Shown: positions 49,019 to 59,275 of the stretch, one piece after another
Layout of the letters: each line of letters opens with the position of its first letter
Numbering within the stretch: position 1 is the stretch's first letter
Origin: Fibrobacteria bacterium
GTDB taxonomy: Bacteria; Fibrobacterota; Fibrobacteria; UBA11236; JADFYW01
Assembly: GCA_050294405.1 (NCBI GenBank)
Contig: JBNKOC010000012.1
Location: 1-64,000 of the forward strand
Direction of reading: 5' to 3'
Length of the DNA stretch: 64,000 nucleotides
Position numbers and translations under genes: made by a program
The notes under the pieces: generated by a model
Told to the model about the DNA's origin: nothing
What the model saw: only the letters and a program-made list of their open reading frames with translations
Database searches by the model: none

Positions 49019-51802
49019 ATGAAAAATAAGCGGATCATTTTAATGGTTTTATCCCTTTGTCTGGGCAAAGCTATCGCGATGGGAGGCTCCCAGTTAAAAG
49101 AAAAATGGGATTCCCTGTATCTTGCGACAGGCAAAAAAAACATTGAATCTGCTTCGAGGTTGCTAGCTCCAGAACTGATAGGCAGGCTAAACAAAATCAA
49201 AAATCAAGGCACATTGAATCAGCAGGCTCCTTTGAACGGTTTTTCACAGGAGTTTTTGCTCAGAAAGCCACCCTCTCAAAGCTGGGATGCTTTTTTTAAA
49301 AACCAGTTGGGCTTAAAGGCTAAAGTAATCGAATTGGGAAAAAATTATGCAAATGTATCCTTAACATTACAGGAATTATTGGAGTTAAACGAAAGTCTTT
49401 CCGAATTTCAAATTTTGCCGCATTATAAGCCCCAGTACCATCAAATTGGCAAGGGGGAAATTTTCAGTGAGGCATTAACATTGCTCGGGGCTCAGGGGTT
49501 TCAGAATTCGGGATATACCGGCCAAGGAATCCAAGTGGCCGTTATAGATGGTGACTATTTGGACTTAGCGGCTTCCATTGAGGCTGGTGAGTTGTCCGCT
49601 CTTTTAGATAGTGTGGATTTTACGGCAGATGGAATGGGCCTTAAATCGGACCACGGAACCCGGGTGGCCGAACAGCTAACGGATATTGCTCCGGATATCC
49701 ATTTACATTTACTTAAAGCTGTTACCATACCTCAATTTGAATCTGCTCTGGACTATATACATAACCAGGGAATTCAAGTGGTTAACATTTCCATGGGCTG
49801 GGCGCTGTATAGTTTTGGAGATGATACGGGTCCCTTTAGCCAGGGTGTAAATGATTCCTACAACAACCACAATGTATTTTGGGCGGTTTCAGCGGGTAAT
49901 GACGCCAAAAATGTATGGACAGGGTTTTTTAATGATAGCGATGCAGATAATCTCCACGAGTTTTCTCTAAACGATCCTTTATTGGACTTTAAAAAAAGCA
50001 GTCATGTTTATATTAAATGGGATCAATTTGATGGCGCAGTAACGGACCTGGACATGCTGGTTAGTGATAAAGATGGGAATGTTGTGGCTAGTTCTACAAA
50101 TAGGCAAACGGGTGGCGCGGGAACTTCTCTTGAAAATTTGGAATTTGAATATGATTCCACTTTGGCTCCTTATGGACTGTCCGTTAATCGTTTTTCCGGT
50201 AACATCCAAAACCTTAAAATAGTTGTGCAAGCGGTTCAGGGAGAAATTTTGGAATACATAAATGGAGGGGGAAGTATTGTATATGATCCTTCTTGCGCTT
50301 CTGAAGCCATGACGGTTGGGGCGGCTTCCCATTTTTTGTGGCAAACAGATTCCTCTGTTGAGTGGTATTCCAGCCGGGGTCCAACCCCAGATGGCAGGCA
50401 AAAACCTGATATAATGGGGCCGGATAGGGCTCAAAGCTCTTTAGCTTCGGGCAGTAACATTGGAACTAGTTTCGCTTCGCCCCATGTTGCTGGGCTTGCC
50501 GCTTTGCTTTTATCTCAAAATCCAAGCTGGACGGCGGCGGAAATAAAAAATTTTATAACTACAGAAGCAGTGGATAAAGGTATAACAGGTCCAGATTCTG
50601 TATATGGAGCAGGTTTGGCCAGGTTGCCTCGTTTTGCCCCTGTTTTAGACAGTATACCAGATAAAGATATTTCTGAATGGAATGTATTTGATATGTTTGT
50701 TTCGGCCTCGGATTTAAATGGAGATTCCCTGATTTTTGAATCCCCTCAATTGCCGGATTCGTCAAGTTTGGTTTCTATAAGTAAAGACTCAGCTCTTTTC
50801 AGTTGGGTTCCAGTGGTGAATGCGGATTCCAGTTTTGATGTGCTGTTTGTGGTTTCCAATTCAGAAAAATCAGATTCCCAATGGGTAAGGTTTAATGTTA
50901 AGCAGGTAATTAAACCTCCTTTTATTGATAGTCTGTATCCTAAATCTCCCGTAATGGCTCAGGAAGGCGACGCTTTATATTTTTATGCCAATGCTCTAAA
51001 TTTAAATGGAAGCAATCCTCTTGAATACATATGGGTATTTAAAAATGACAGCGTATGCCTGGGGCAGGAATGCCTATTAAAACTTGAATTTAATACGGAA
51101 GGGACGGATAGCTTAAAACTTTTTGTTTCGGACGGTGATTCTTCCACCATGGTGTTTTGGGAACTTGAAATATTGGCGTACAACAACTCACCCGTGCCAG
51201 ACAGCACAAGAGTCGGGGAAATTGTAAGTTTGTCAGACAGTTTATTTTGGATGCCTTCACCGGATTCGAACTTTGCGGATTCTGTAACATATATCATTAA
51301 CATCTTCAGTATTATCGACAGTACCATGTTAATTCAGTTTGAATCCTCGGAACTTTATTATCCACTCTCCACTTCCGAGTTTTTGGATTTTTGGAACTCT
51401 CGCACAGATTCCGCTTTTTTGTGGAATGTTCAGGCAGTAAATGGCCAAAAGGATACAAGCGATTTTCCATTACAATATTATGCTTTATCTGTTAATGCTC
51501 CAAAAACTGTGTCTTTATCTCCCAATTTGTTTCAAAATTTAATTGAGTTTTACCCGCAAACTGTATTTACAGATTTTACACAACTTAAAATACGGGTTTC
51601 TGAACTTCAGAATTTGGAAATACGGATATACAATGCCAAAGGAGATGTTATTGAACAAATCCGCGATTCAAATGTTAGGGTAAAGCCTTATAGGAATCCT
51701 AAATTGGGGGGAAACTGGGCTCCTGGGATTTATTATCTGCAAATATTTGCAAATAAAGAAAAACTCTTTAATAAGCTTCTAGTGAAGCTGGGAAACAAAT
51801 AA
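49019..51802 (+). CDS. Secreted S8 subtilisin-like serine protease with Ig-like repeats and probable T9SS CTD
   Basis: Triad VAVIDG / DHGTRVA / GTSFASPHVAG; SAGN oxyanion; SSRGPTPDGRQKPDI; C-terminal IRIYNAKG...APGIYYLQI. Confidence 0.85.
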   Translation: MKNKRIILMVLSLCLGKAIAMGGSQLKEKWDSLYLATGKKNIESASRLLAPELIGRLNKIKNQGTLNQQAPLNGFSQEFLLRKPPSQSWDAFFKNQLGLKAKVIELGKNYANVSLTLQELLELNESLSEFQILPHYKPQYHQIGKGEIFSEALTLLGAQGFQNSGYTGQGIQVAVIDGDYLDLAASIEAGELSALLDSVDFTADGMGLKSDHGTRVAEQLTDIAPDIHLHLLKAVTIPQFESALDYIHNQGIQVVNISMGWALYSFGDDTGPFSQGVNDSYNNHNVFWAVSAGNDAKNVWTGFFNDSDADNLHEFSLNDPLLDFKKSSHVYIKWDQFDGAVTDLDMLVSDKDGNVVASSTNRQTGGAGTSLENLEFEYDSTLAPYGLSVNRFSGNIQNLKIVVQAVQGEILEYINGGGSIVYDPSCASEAMTVGAASHFLWQTDSSVEWYSSRGPTPDGRQKPDIMGPDRAQSSLASGSNIGTSFASPHVAGLAALLLSQNPSWTAAEIKNFITTEAVDKGITGPDSVYGAGLARLPRFAPVLDSIPDKDISEWNVFDMFVSASDLNGDSLIFESPQLPDSSSLVSISKDSALFSWVPVVNADSSFDVLFVVSNSEKSDSQWVRFNVKQVIKPPFIDSLYPKSPVMAQEGDALYFYANALNLNGSNPLEYIWVFKNDSVCLGQECLLKLEFNTEGTDSLKLFVSDGDSSTMVFWELEILAYNNSPVPDSTRVGEIVSLSDSLFWMPSPDSNFADSVTYIINIFSIIDSTMLIQFESSELYYPLSTSEFLDFWNSRTDSAFLWNVQAVNGQKDTSDFPLQYYALSVNAPKTVSLSPNLFQNLIEFYPQTVFTDFTQLKIRVSELQNLEIRIYNAKGDVIEQIRDSNVRVKPYRNPKLGGNWAPGIYYLQIFANKEKLFNKLLVKLGNK

Positions 51803-51808
51803 AGGCTA

Positions 51809-51961
51809 TTAAAGCTGGTTGATCTTGTTTTTAATTTTTTGAATCTGATTATCGATTCGGGTATCCATGTTTTCCATGCGCTTTAACATCCGAGTTTGAT
51901 CGGCGAGTAATTGTTTAAGACTAGGATCAGAGGTCTGAATTCTCTCAGGGGGGGTATTCAT
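51809..51961 (-). CDS. Putative 50-aa coiled-coil protein (not in ORF track)
   Basis: AAGGA RBS then ATG: MNTPPERIQTSDPSLKQLLADQTRMLKRMENMDTRIDNQIQKIKNKINQL, ending in tandem TAA TAG stops. Confidence 0.55.
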   Translation of the reverse strand: MNTPPERIQTSDPSLKQLLADQTRMLKRMENMDTRIDNQIQKIKNKINQL

Positions 51962-52173
51962 AATGTTTTCCTTTGCGCCAGTTTGTGGGAAACTTGGATT
52001 TGGCTGATGCCAAACAAGGACCCGTTGTTATTGTTATACAACAAAATATTGGCTTAGGCCATAAAAGCGTGTAAAATTATTCAATAATAAGCGCTTAATT
52101 GGGTAAATTACGCATATAGTCCCCAAAATGAGCTGATTTTACCACCCAAACTAGGTTGAAATAGTCACTTTAT

Positions 52174-55100
52174 TTAGTCTTGAAGGGCGGAAAAATCGGC
52201 CACCTGACTTACCTGAGATTTTAATTTTTGGATGAGTCGTTGCCGGTTTTCTTTAATAGCCGGGTCGGGATCATTTATCATGGCTTTTTCAAAGAGGTTG
52301 TCTACCAAAGGCCTCATACCAGCCACACATTCTAAAGCCTCCACAAACTCACCCTTGGCCAAATGGGATTGAATGGCAGGCTCCATTTTATTGGAGGACT
52401 CCCACAATTCTTTTTCTTCGGCGCAAACAAAGGCCTCGCTTTTAGGTTCGCCATTTATGGTTTCTTTTAAAATGTTGGAGACACGTTTAAAGGTGGTGGA
52501 TACATTGCCAAAGTCCGCATGTTGGCGAAAGCTGTTCATGGCTTTTACCCTGTCGATAAAATTGTGGATGTTGTCCCAGCTTACATTGGCTTGTACCACG
52601 CTTTGGATAATGTCTGGAGGAATATCCCCAACATCAATATTTGGCCGTTTGGGTTCTTGTAATAATTTTTTAAGCCTTTGCAGGAAAAAATCCAAAATTT
52701 TTGCTTTCAAATCGGATTTTGATTTTTCCTCAATTAAGCTGCCGTAACTTTTGATGGATTCATCGATTAATTCGCTGATGTTTATGCCAAGTTCGTGTTT
52801 TCTAATAATTAAAATACAGCCAAGGCAGGCCCGGCGTATGGCGTAGGGGTCGGCCGAACCTGTGGGGCCTTTGCCCACGGAAAATAAGCCCACAATGGAA
52901 TCTATTCGGTCTGCAATGCCCACCAAGGAGGCTACCAGGCTGGGGCTTAAATCATCGGTGGCGTTTTTAGGTAAGTAATGGTCTTTGATGGCTGTGGATA
53001 CCTCGGCATCAAGGCCCTGTTTTTCTGCGTAAAAGCGGCCCACTTCTCCCTGTAAATCAGGGAATTCATATACCATAGCCGTGGTTAGATCTGTTTTGCA
53101 AAGTTTGCAGGCTTCTGATATTTGCTTTTTCAATTTTGAATTGGAGCTTTCTAGCTTATTCCCAAGAAAAAGAGCTGTTTTATCCATGCGCTGGGTTTTG
53201 TCCAAAACGCTTCCCAGGCTTTCTTCGAAATTTACTTGTGATAGTTTTGCTACTCTTTCTATTAAGGGCTGTTTTTGATCTTCCTTTAAGAAAAATTCGG
53301 CGTCAAACAAACGGGATACCAGCACATTCTCATAGCCCGATTTAACCACTTCTTCGTCTTTGCATTGGGTGTTAGAAATTGCAATAAAGCTGTTGTGAAG
53401 CTTATTATTGGAGTCCACTAAAGCTAAGTATTTTTGGTGCTCTCTCATTTCAGAAACAGCCACCTCTTCGGGAATTTCCAAGTACTTGGCGTCAAATTCG
53501 CCCAGCACTACAATAGGGTTTTCCACTAAAAAATTAACTTCATCTAAAAGGTCAGAGTCCTGCCTCCAGCTTAAACCTTTGGACTTGGCGCATTCTTCCA
53601 CTTTTTGCAAAATGACATTGCGGCGTTCCAAATGATTGGCATATACATGATGTTCTCTTAATGTATCGAAGTAATTTTCATGGTTAACTTCAATTTCATG
53701 ATTGGCCATAAAGCGATGCCCCATGGTTTTATTAGAGGACGATACCCCTGCAAATTCTGTGGGAATAATTTCTTTACCCAATAAAGCGACCAGCCACTGA
53801 ACCGGCCGTACAAAGGGAGTATTGTCTCCAAGGCCCCAACGCATGGTTTTATACCAGTGAATTTTGCTAAAAAGCTGTGGGATAAATTCGGATAATAGCT
53901 CTACTGTATTTTTACCTTTAACCATGGTTTCAGCGTAAAGGTATTCGCCTCCATCTATGGTTTTAATTTCTAGGTTATCAGGGTTCAATTTATTTTTTGC
54001 AGCAAATCCCAAGGCCGCCTTAGTCCAGTTTCCTTCTTTGTCTTTTGCAATTTTTGCGGGAGGGCCTTTTAAAACCAAATGTTTATCAGGCTGCTTTGTT
54101 TGAAGATTTTGCAGTTTAATGCAAATACGCCTTGGACTGTAATAAAATTCTGCCTCAGAACTTTCCAAGCCTAAATCTGCGAAATGTTTTTTCCAAAGCT
54201 GGGGCAAGTCTCGCATTAAACCGGGAAATACTTTTGCCGGCATTTCTTCCACGCCTAACTCAATTAAAAGGGGCGCTTTTTCTTCTTTAAGAGTTGGAAA
54301 TGATTTTAACAGAGCCTTATCTTGGGAAGCGGCAACTTTTCCCAATAAAGGGTAGCCTAAGGATTCCCTATTTTCCAGCCAACATTCGGCCACCTGCTTG
54401 GCCAACTTTCTGATTTTTAAAACATAGCCTTGTCGTTCATTTACAGAAATGGCATTGCGCGCATCTAAAATGTTAAAGGAATGGGAAGCCTTCATAGCAT
54501 AGTCTAAGGCCGGCGCTGGATTTTTTGCTTCGCAGAGGTTTTCGCATTCTTTTTCGAAAGCTTCGAATAATTTGTAGTGCATGGATACATCAGCCAATTC
54601 GAAATTGTGTTTGGAAAATTGAACCTCGTTTTGATGGAAGATATCGCCATAGCTGTATTTTTCATTAAACTCTATATCAAATACGCTTGATTTTTTTTGC
54701 AGGAACATACATATGCGCTCTAAACCGTAAGTTATTTCTCCGGTGATAGTGGGTAGCTCCAAACCTCCGACCTGTTGGAAATATGTAAACTGGGTAATTT
54801 CAGTGCCATCGCACCAAACTTCCCAACCAAGGCCCCAGGCTCCCAAAGCGGCGGTTTCCCAATCGTCGTGCACAAAGCGAATGTCGTGTTCATCGGGTTG
54901 AATTCCAATAGCTTTTAAAGAGCCGATGTATAGATCTAAAATGTCTTTGGGGTTGGGTTTTAAAATAACCTGAAATTGGTAGTAGTGCTGCATGCGAATG
55001 GGGTTGTCCCCGTATCGGCCATCCGCCGGGCGGCGGCATGGTTCTGCATAGGCGGCACTAAAAGGTTCTGGCCCTAAAGCTCGTAAAAAAGTAGTGGGGT

Positions 55101-55203
55101 TGAATGTCCCCGCTCCTTTTTCCACATCATAAGGTTGGGTTAAAAGACAGCCCTTTTCATTCCAATATTTTTGAAGGGTTAAAATTAAATCCTGAAAATA
55201 CAT
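52174..55203 (-). CDS. glyQS: Glycine--tRNA ligase, fused alpha+beta subunits
   Basis: Alpha motifs ([36 protein letters not shown]) are continuous with beta motifs ([35 protein letters not shown]) in one 1009-aa ORF. Confidence 0.95.
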   Translation of the reverse strand: MYFQDLILTLQKYWNEKGCLLTQPYDVEKGAGTFNPTTFLRALGPEPFSAAYAEPCRRPADGRYGDNPIRMQHYYQFQVILKPNPKDILDLYIGSLKAIGIQPDEHDIRFVHDDWETAALGAWGLGWEVWCDGTEITQFTYFQQVGGLELPTITGEITYGLERICMFLQKKSSVFDIEFNEKYSYGDIFHQNEVQFSKHNFELADVSMHYKLFEAFEKECENLCEAKNPAPALDYAMKASHSFNILDARNAISVNERQGYVLKIRKLAKQVAECWLENRESLGYPLLGKVAASQDKALLKSFPTLKEEKAPLLIELGVEEMPAKVFPGLMRDLPQLWKKHFADLGLESSEAEFYYSPRRICIKLQNLQTKQPDKHLVLKGPPAKIAKDKEGNWTKAALGFAAKNKLNPDNLEIKTIDGGEYLYAETMVKGKNTVELLSEFIPQLFSKIHWYKTMRWGLGDNTPFVRPVQWLVALLGKEIIPTEFAGVSSSNKTMGHRFMANHEIEVNHENYFDTLREHHVYANHLERRNVILQKVEECAKSKGLSWRQDSDLLDEVNFLVENPIVVLGEFDAKYLEIPEEVAVSEMREHQKYLALVDSNNKLHNSFIAISNTQCKDEEVVKSGYENVLVSRLFDAEFFLKEDQKQPLIERVAKLSQVNFEESLGSVLDKTQRMDKTALFLGNKLESSNSKLKKQISEACKLCKTDLTTAMVYEFPDLQGEVGRFYAEKQGLDAEVSTAIKDHYLPKNATDDLSPSLVASLVGIADRIDSIVGLFSVGKGPTGSADPYAIRRACLGCILIIRKHELGINISELIDESIKSYGSLIEEKSKSDLKAKILDFFLQRLKKLLQEPKRPNIDVGDIPPDIIQSVVQANVSWDNIHNFIDRVKAMNSFRQHADFGNVSTTFKRVSNILKETINGEPKSEAFVCAEEKELWESSNKMEPAIQSHLAKGEFVEALECVAGMRPLVDNLFEKAMINDPDPAIKENRQRLIQKLKSQVSQVADFSALQD

Positions 55204-55304
55204 AGACTTGGCCAGGTTAAAGGTTTGATTTTATTGAAGGCATAAATTTAAAAAAAAGAAAAAAACATAGCTTAGTTTAGCCCATATTTCTTTTGGGAAA
55301 ACGC

Positions 55305-55339
55305 AAAAAAACGGTGGAGGTTCACATCCACCGCTTTTT
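55305..55339 (-). terminator. Rho-independent terminator after flagellin (possibly bidirectional)
   Basis: CGGTGGA(55312-18)/TCCACCG(55327-33) stem flanked by A7 and T5 tracts. Confidence 0.75.
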
Positions 55340-55369
55340 GTGGGCTTAATATCCTTGTTGCGGCAAGGA

Positions 55370-56245
55370 CTATTGCAATAATGCAATTACACTATTCGGT
55401 GCGGCATTGGCCTGAGCCAACATTGCGGTGCCGGCTTGGGTTAGGATTTGCGCCCTGGAAAAATTTGTGGTTTCCTTGGCAAAATCCACGTCACGAATAA
55501 GTGATTCTGCGGACTGCATGTTAAATTCATTGCTGGCCAGGTTTTCTATGGCATTTTCCAAACGGTTTACCACGGCGCCTAGACCCGCCCTCATGTTATT
55601 TACTGAACCAATGGCTCCATCGATGGCAGTAATGGCCTCTGAAGCTGAGGATTGGCCTGTGATGGCACTGGCTCCGCTTCCAGAAAGAGTAAGTCCCAAA
55701 GCGCCAACAGTTACGGCACTGATGCTTACGGTAATGGAATCCGTGGTGCCGTTTAAGTTTCCTCCGTTATTGTTGGCGCCAATATGCAAAACCGAAGAGG
55801 CGCTTCCATCAGCTCCGAAACTTCCAGACTGACCGTCCAAAAGAGTTACCCCGTTATATTGGGTGCCAGTGGAAATTCTCTGCATTTCGCTCATTAGGTT
55901 TTGGAATTCCTGATTGGTGTATCCCCTTTCTGTGGTCGTGAGGGTGTCGTTTGAACTTTGAATGGCCAATTCACGCATTCTTTGCAGAATATCGGAAATT
56001 TGACCGGCAGCCCCTTCAGCTATTTGCAGCATGGCAATACCTTCTTCGGCGTTGCGAATGGCTTGGCTGCTGCCTCTAACCTGGGTTCTGAGGGTCTCTG
56101 ATACCGCTAACCCTGCAGCGTCATCCGAGGCTTTATTAATACGAAGACCAGTTGATAATTTTTCCAGTGAAGAAGACAACTGGCGTTCACTGCGATTGAT
56201 GGACATTTCGCCCATCATTGCTGAAATGTTATGATTTATACGCAT
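55370..56245 (-). CDS. fliC: Flagellin (short, 291 aa, minimal variable domain)
   Basis: MRINHNISA, LEKLSTGLRINKASDDAAGLA, LQRMRELAIQ, RAGLGAVVNRLE, IRDVDFAKE and AMLAQAN. Confidence 0.95.
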   Translation of the reverse strand: MRINHNISAMMGEMSINRSERQLSSSLEKLSTGLRINKASDDAAGLAVSETLRTQVRGSSQAIRNAEEGIAMLQIAEGAAGQISDILQRMRELAIQSSNDTLTTTERGYTNQEFQNLMSEMQRISTGTQYNGVTLLDGQSGSFGADGSASSVLHIGANNNGGNLNGTTDSITVSISAVTVGALGLTLSGSGASAITGQSSASEAITAIDGAIGSVNNMRAGLGAVVNRLENAIENLASNEFNMQSAESLIRDVDFAKETTNFSRAQILTQAGTAMLAQANAAPNSVIALLQ

Positions 56246-56273
56246 CGGAAACCTCCATGTCCCGTTAATGACT

Positions 56274-56289
56274 AAACAATCCTTTGTTT
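56274..56289 (-). promoter_or_regulatory. Probable CsrA-binding hairpin in the flagellin leader
   Basis: Minus strand AAACAA-AGGA-TTGTTT (GGA in the loop), plus a second ANGGA overlapping the SD (ATGGAGG). Confidence 0.6.
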
Positions 56290-56405
56290 TGCCTTAGCTG
56301 GTTTTAAAACCAATTAAGTGGGAGTTAGCTTGGACCTGGAGAAAGAAGCGGCTGCGAAACTACTGCTTTCCCGTTATGAACGGTTCAAAATTTCTCCTAG
56401 TAAGG

Positions 56406-56432
56406 ATATCGGAGCTTCCTGGAAAAACTTTA
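56406..56432 (-). promoter_or_regulatory. Sigma-28 (FliA/SigD) promoter of flagellin
   Basis: Minus strand TAAA-GTTTTTCCAGGAAGC(15 nt)-TCCGATAT versus the consensus TAAA-N15-GCCGATAW. Confidence 0.85.
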
Positions 56433-56454
56433 ATATTTTTTTTGATTTTTTTTC

Positions 56455-59199
56455 TTATCCCAAACTTTTCACCAAATTGGCGAATAAAACATCAGAAAGG
56501 GCATTTTTTCCCAATTTATCAAATATTAAAAACTGGTGAAAAATTATTTTTCCGGATTTGTAGGGGATAGAAAAGCTATTTAGAACTTGGTCTACCAGAT
56601 TGTTGTCTCGGTGGTCCTGCGAAATAATTAGAGCGCCTGAGGCGATTTCTGGATTTTCCACGGGTAGGAAAGACCAAAGAGGTAAAAGGTCTGCGTAAAT
56701 TTCTCCAGCCAATTTTTGGTTAGGCAGCCCTTCAAAAAAAGCATGGTTCAAGCAGTAGTTAAAATAACCAAAGGCTCCGCCACCATTTCGAATTAGTTCG
56801 AGTGGGAAATCCAATAGCTTCAGGTTATTAATTTGTTCCACGTCTTCAGGAGTGAGTGCCCCAAAAATTAAGCTATCGCCATTGGCAGCCTTTTCAAAAA
56901 GACCGGATAAAGTTTCTTTATCCATGGAAGCGGGGTTTGTGATAAGGTGGTTTTTCTCTTCTTTCCCCGCAGCATAGCTAATAGTATTGGGGAAATTTCC
57001 GATTAAGTTCACTTTTTTCAAATAGTCATCCAGTTCCACCTTTTGGGGAACAAAAAATACTTCTTCCTTTTTAGCAATTTCTTTTTTGCCTTCTGTTAGA
57101 GCTAAATCAAAAGTGAATTCACCCACTTCATTACCCACAGGGAATTTAAAACGGCCAATGGAGTTAAGGCCCCGTTTTGCCTTTCCAGGCATGGATTCCT
57201 GGTGCCAGATTCTGCCGTTAGGACCTTTAACCCGAACCAAAAGCCCGTAGTCTCCCAGGTTATCTTCATTGAGCAAAAATATTTTAATGGCTGCAGAAGC
57301 TCCCTGATATGGAGTGCGCAATTCGGCTTCGCTCATAATTTTTATGGGGGCATTCATTTTTTTAGCTTCTTCGAGAATGGGCTTGGGCTGGCGAAAATGA
57401 TCCACAAGGCCCCCAAATTCAAGGCCCCAATCGCTCCATTTCTCAAATAAAAATCCGGAAATTTGATTATTCATTCCCAGGGATTCTACATGTTTGGCGA
57501 CGCTATCAATAGTGAATTTTTCAGCTTCTTCGAGAAAGTCGGAAACTTTTTTCCAGATGCCAATTTTGGGGATTTCATTTTCCAATTCTTCTTTAAGGCG
57601 TATAAGCCATTTGTATTCCCTGGATTTGGAAAATTTTTTAGATACATCATGTTCAATGATGTTATCCAAAGTTCTGGGGGCTCCCATGCCGATTCCATCC
57701 ACCAAAACTTTTCCACCTAGTTCGTCTTTTAAGTAGTTATACCGTTCCCAGAAAGACTTGCCTCCATGTTTGTTGTCATTCAGCGTTTTTGCCTCTTTGG
57801 AAGTGCAGTAGTTGGCCATTAAGTACTGGGTTTTAACAGGTAGTGGGGCAGCCATTTTTAGACTGTGTGATTCAAAGGTTTCAATTTTTGTTTCGGTGGG
57901 GTTGTAAACTTTACCAATATCAATTTTACCAACTCCCATACTGTCCAGATGCACAGAGTTCAGGTTGGAAGCGATGGGGCGGTAGGGGTCGATGTCCGAA
58001 CAAAACCTCAGCAATTTGTTGCCGTTTTCTAGCGCCATGGAACCATTTTCAGAACCAATGGCCCACATCACTATACATGGATGATAACCGTGGTATTCCA
58101 TCATGCGTTTTAGAATTTTTTTCAATTCTTCCAGACTGTCCTTATTGGATTTTTGATTGTATGAGGGAGATTCCTGAATAACCAACAATCCTATTTCATC
58201 GCACAAATCCAGAATCTCGTTGGTTAAAGGCGTGCCGCCGGAGCGAATTAAATTAAACCCTGCGTTTTTAATATTGAGCAAATCTTCTTTATAGCTAAAA
58301 TCCATTGGGGCAATGGAGGTCAGGTAGGGGAAAATGGGGGTGTAAGTTACACCTTTTAAACGCACCACATCGTGATTGAGCTTGATCATGCAACGTTCAA
58401 TTTCCACACGGCGAAGTCCAAAACGCACTTCACGGCTGTAACAACCCAGTAAATCCACCTTTAAGTGATAGAGTTTTGGTGATTCCAAAGTCCAGATTTC
58501 GGCTTTATCAATATCAAAGGTGATGTTATAAGTGTCGTTTTCTTTTTCCAGCTTTACCAGTTTAGGAAGAGTTCCCCTGGTGCCGTCAGGTGCTGTTAAA
58601 GTGAACTCCATCTCGGCCTTAAAATTTTTGGGATTCCAAAATTTTATTTCGGCAGTCACTCTATCCGCTTCATAATCGGGAAAGCAATTGATATGACGGA
58701 TACCGGCACGGCCTCCCATAAGAAGGTGAAAGCCTCCGCGCAATCCGGCAAAAGGTGTTTTTTTATACATTGATCCGACTGGGAGTTCATTTACATTTCT
58801 GTCCCCAATGGCTTTTGCCTTACCCGGGGATTCCACGCGCATAGCTAAGAAATTTGTTTCACCTACTTTAACGCATTTGGATGCATCCAGGCGAAAAGGA
58901 ATTCCGCCACCCATTCGTTTACCTAAAAGTTCGCCGTTGAGCCAAATTTCTGAATAGTGATCTATGGCATCGAATTGCAAATAAAAGCGTTTGGGAGATT
59001 CGGCCTTGTCTACTTCAAAAGCCTTGTAGTAATAGGCTGCGTTTTGATTGGACCAATTTTTTTCCTGAGCCCAGGAATGGGGCAATTTGACCTTATGAGC
59101 TTGACTGGGGATGGTCATTTGCCAACCATCTAACATACCTGAATCGTCAGGTTCGAAGCAAAATTCCCAATCACCTTCAACATTCCATTGAATACTCAT
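56455..59199 (-). CDS. Glycoside hydrolase family 2-like protein (cytoplasmic; catalytic motifs degenerate)
   Basis: GH2 sugar-binding domain (LQFDAIDHYSEIWLNG), WTLESPKLY, FGLRRVE, LDLCDEIGLLVIQE, HPCIVMWAIGSE and DPYRP. Confidence 0.8.
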   Translation of the reverse strand: MSIQWNVEGDWEFCFEPDDSGMLDGWQMTIPSQAHKVKLPHSWAQEKNWSNQNAAYYYKAFEVDKAESPKRFYLQFDAIDHYSEIWLNGELLGKRMGGGIPFRLDASKCVKVGETNFLAMRVESPGKAKAIGDRNVNELPVGSMYKKTPFAGLRGGFHLLMGGRAGIRHINCFPDYEADRVTAEIKFWNPKNFKAEMEFTLTAPDGTRGTLPKLVKLEKENDTYNITFDIDKAEIWTLESPKLYHLKVDLLGCYSREVRFGLRRVEIERCMIKLNHDVVRLKGVTYTPIFPYLTSIAPMDFSYKEDLLNIKNAGFNLIRSGGTPLTNEILDLCDEIGLLVIQESPSYNQKSNKDSLEELKKILKRMMEYHGYHPCIVMWAIGSENGSMALENGNKLLRFCSDIDPYRPIASNLNSVHLDSMGVGKIDIGKVYNPTETKIETFESHSLKMAAPLPVKTQYLMANYCTSKEAKTLNDNKHGGKSFWERYNYLKDELGGKVLVDGIGMGAPRTLDNIIEHDVSKKFSKSREYKWLIRLKEELENEIPKIGIWKKVSDFLEEAEKFTIDSVAKHVESLGMNNQISGFLFEKWSDWGLEFGGLVDHFRQPKPILEEAKKMNAPIKIMSEAELRTPYQGASAAIKIFLLNEDNLGDYGLLVRVKGPNGRIWHQESMPGKAKRGLNSIGRFKFPVGNEVGEFTFDLALTEGKKEIAKKEEVFFVPQKVELDDYLKKVNLIGNFPNTISYAAGKEEKNHLITNPASMDKETLSGLFEKAANGDSLIFGALTPEDVEQINNLKLLDFPLELIRNGGGAFGYFNYCLNHAFFEGLPNQKLAGEIYADLLPLWSFLPVENPEIASGALIISQDHRDNNLVDQVLNSFSIPYKSGKIIFHQFLIFDKLGKNALSDVLFANLVKSLG

Positions 59200-59252
59200 A
59201 TTTAATCCTTATTGTTTTAGTCAAAAATTGACAATCGTCGGTGAGAAAAGGG

Positions 59253-59260
59253 CAAAGATA
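59253..59260 (-). promoter_or_regulatory. TAnnTTTG-type promoter element upstream of the GH2-like gene
   Basis: Minus strand TATCTTTG preceded by a T-run, matching the Bacteroidota-type -7 consensus. Confidence 0.4.
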
Positions 59261-59275
59261 AAAAAAAATCCCCAG

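Noticed and set aside
52024..52042. TTGT-N3-ACAA palindrome as a GntR/FadR-type operator
   Set aside because: It is too short and AT-rich to be significant, and no regulator is nearby.
56335..56400. c-di-GMP-II riboswitch in the flagellin leader
   Set aside because: There is a superficial similarity (TGAA...AGTAG...GCAGCCG), but the GGGCAC/GTGC pseudoknot is missing; kept only as an unassigned structured leader.
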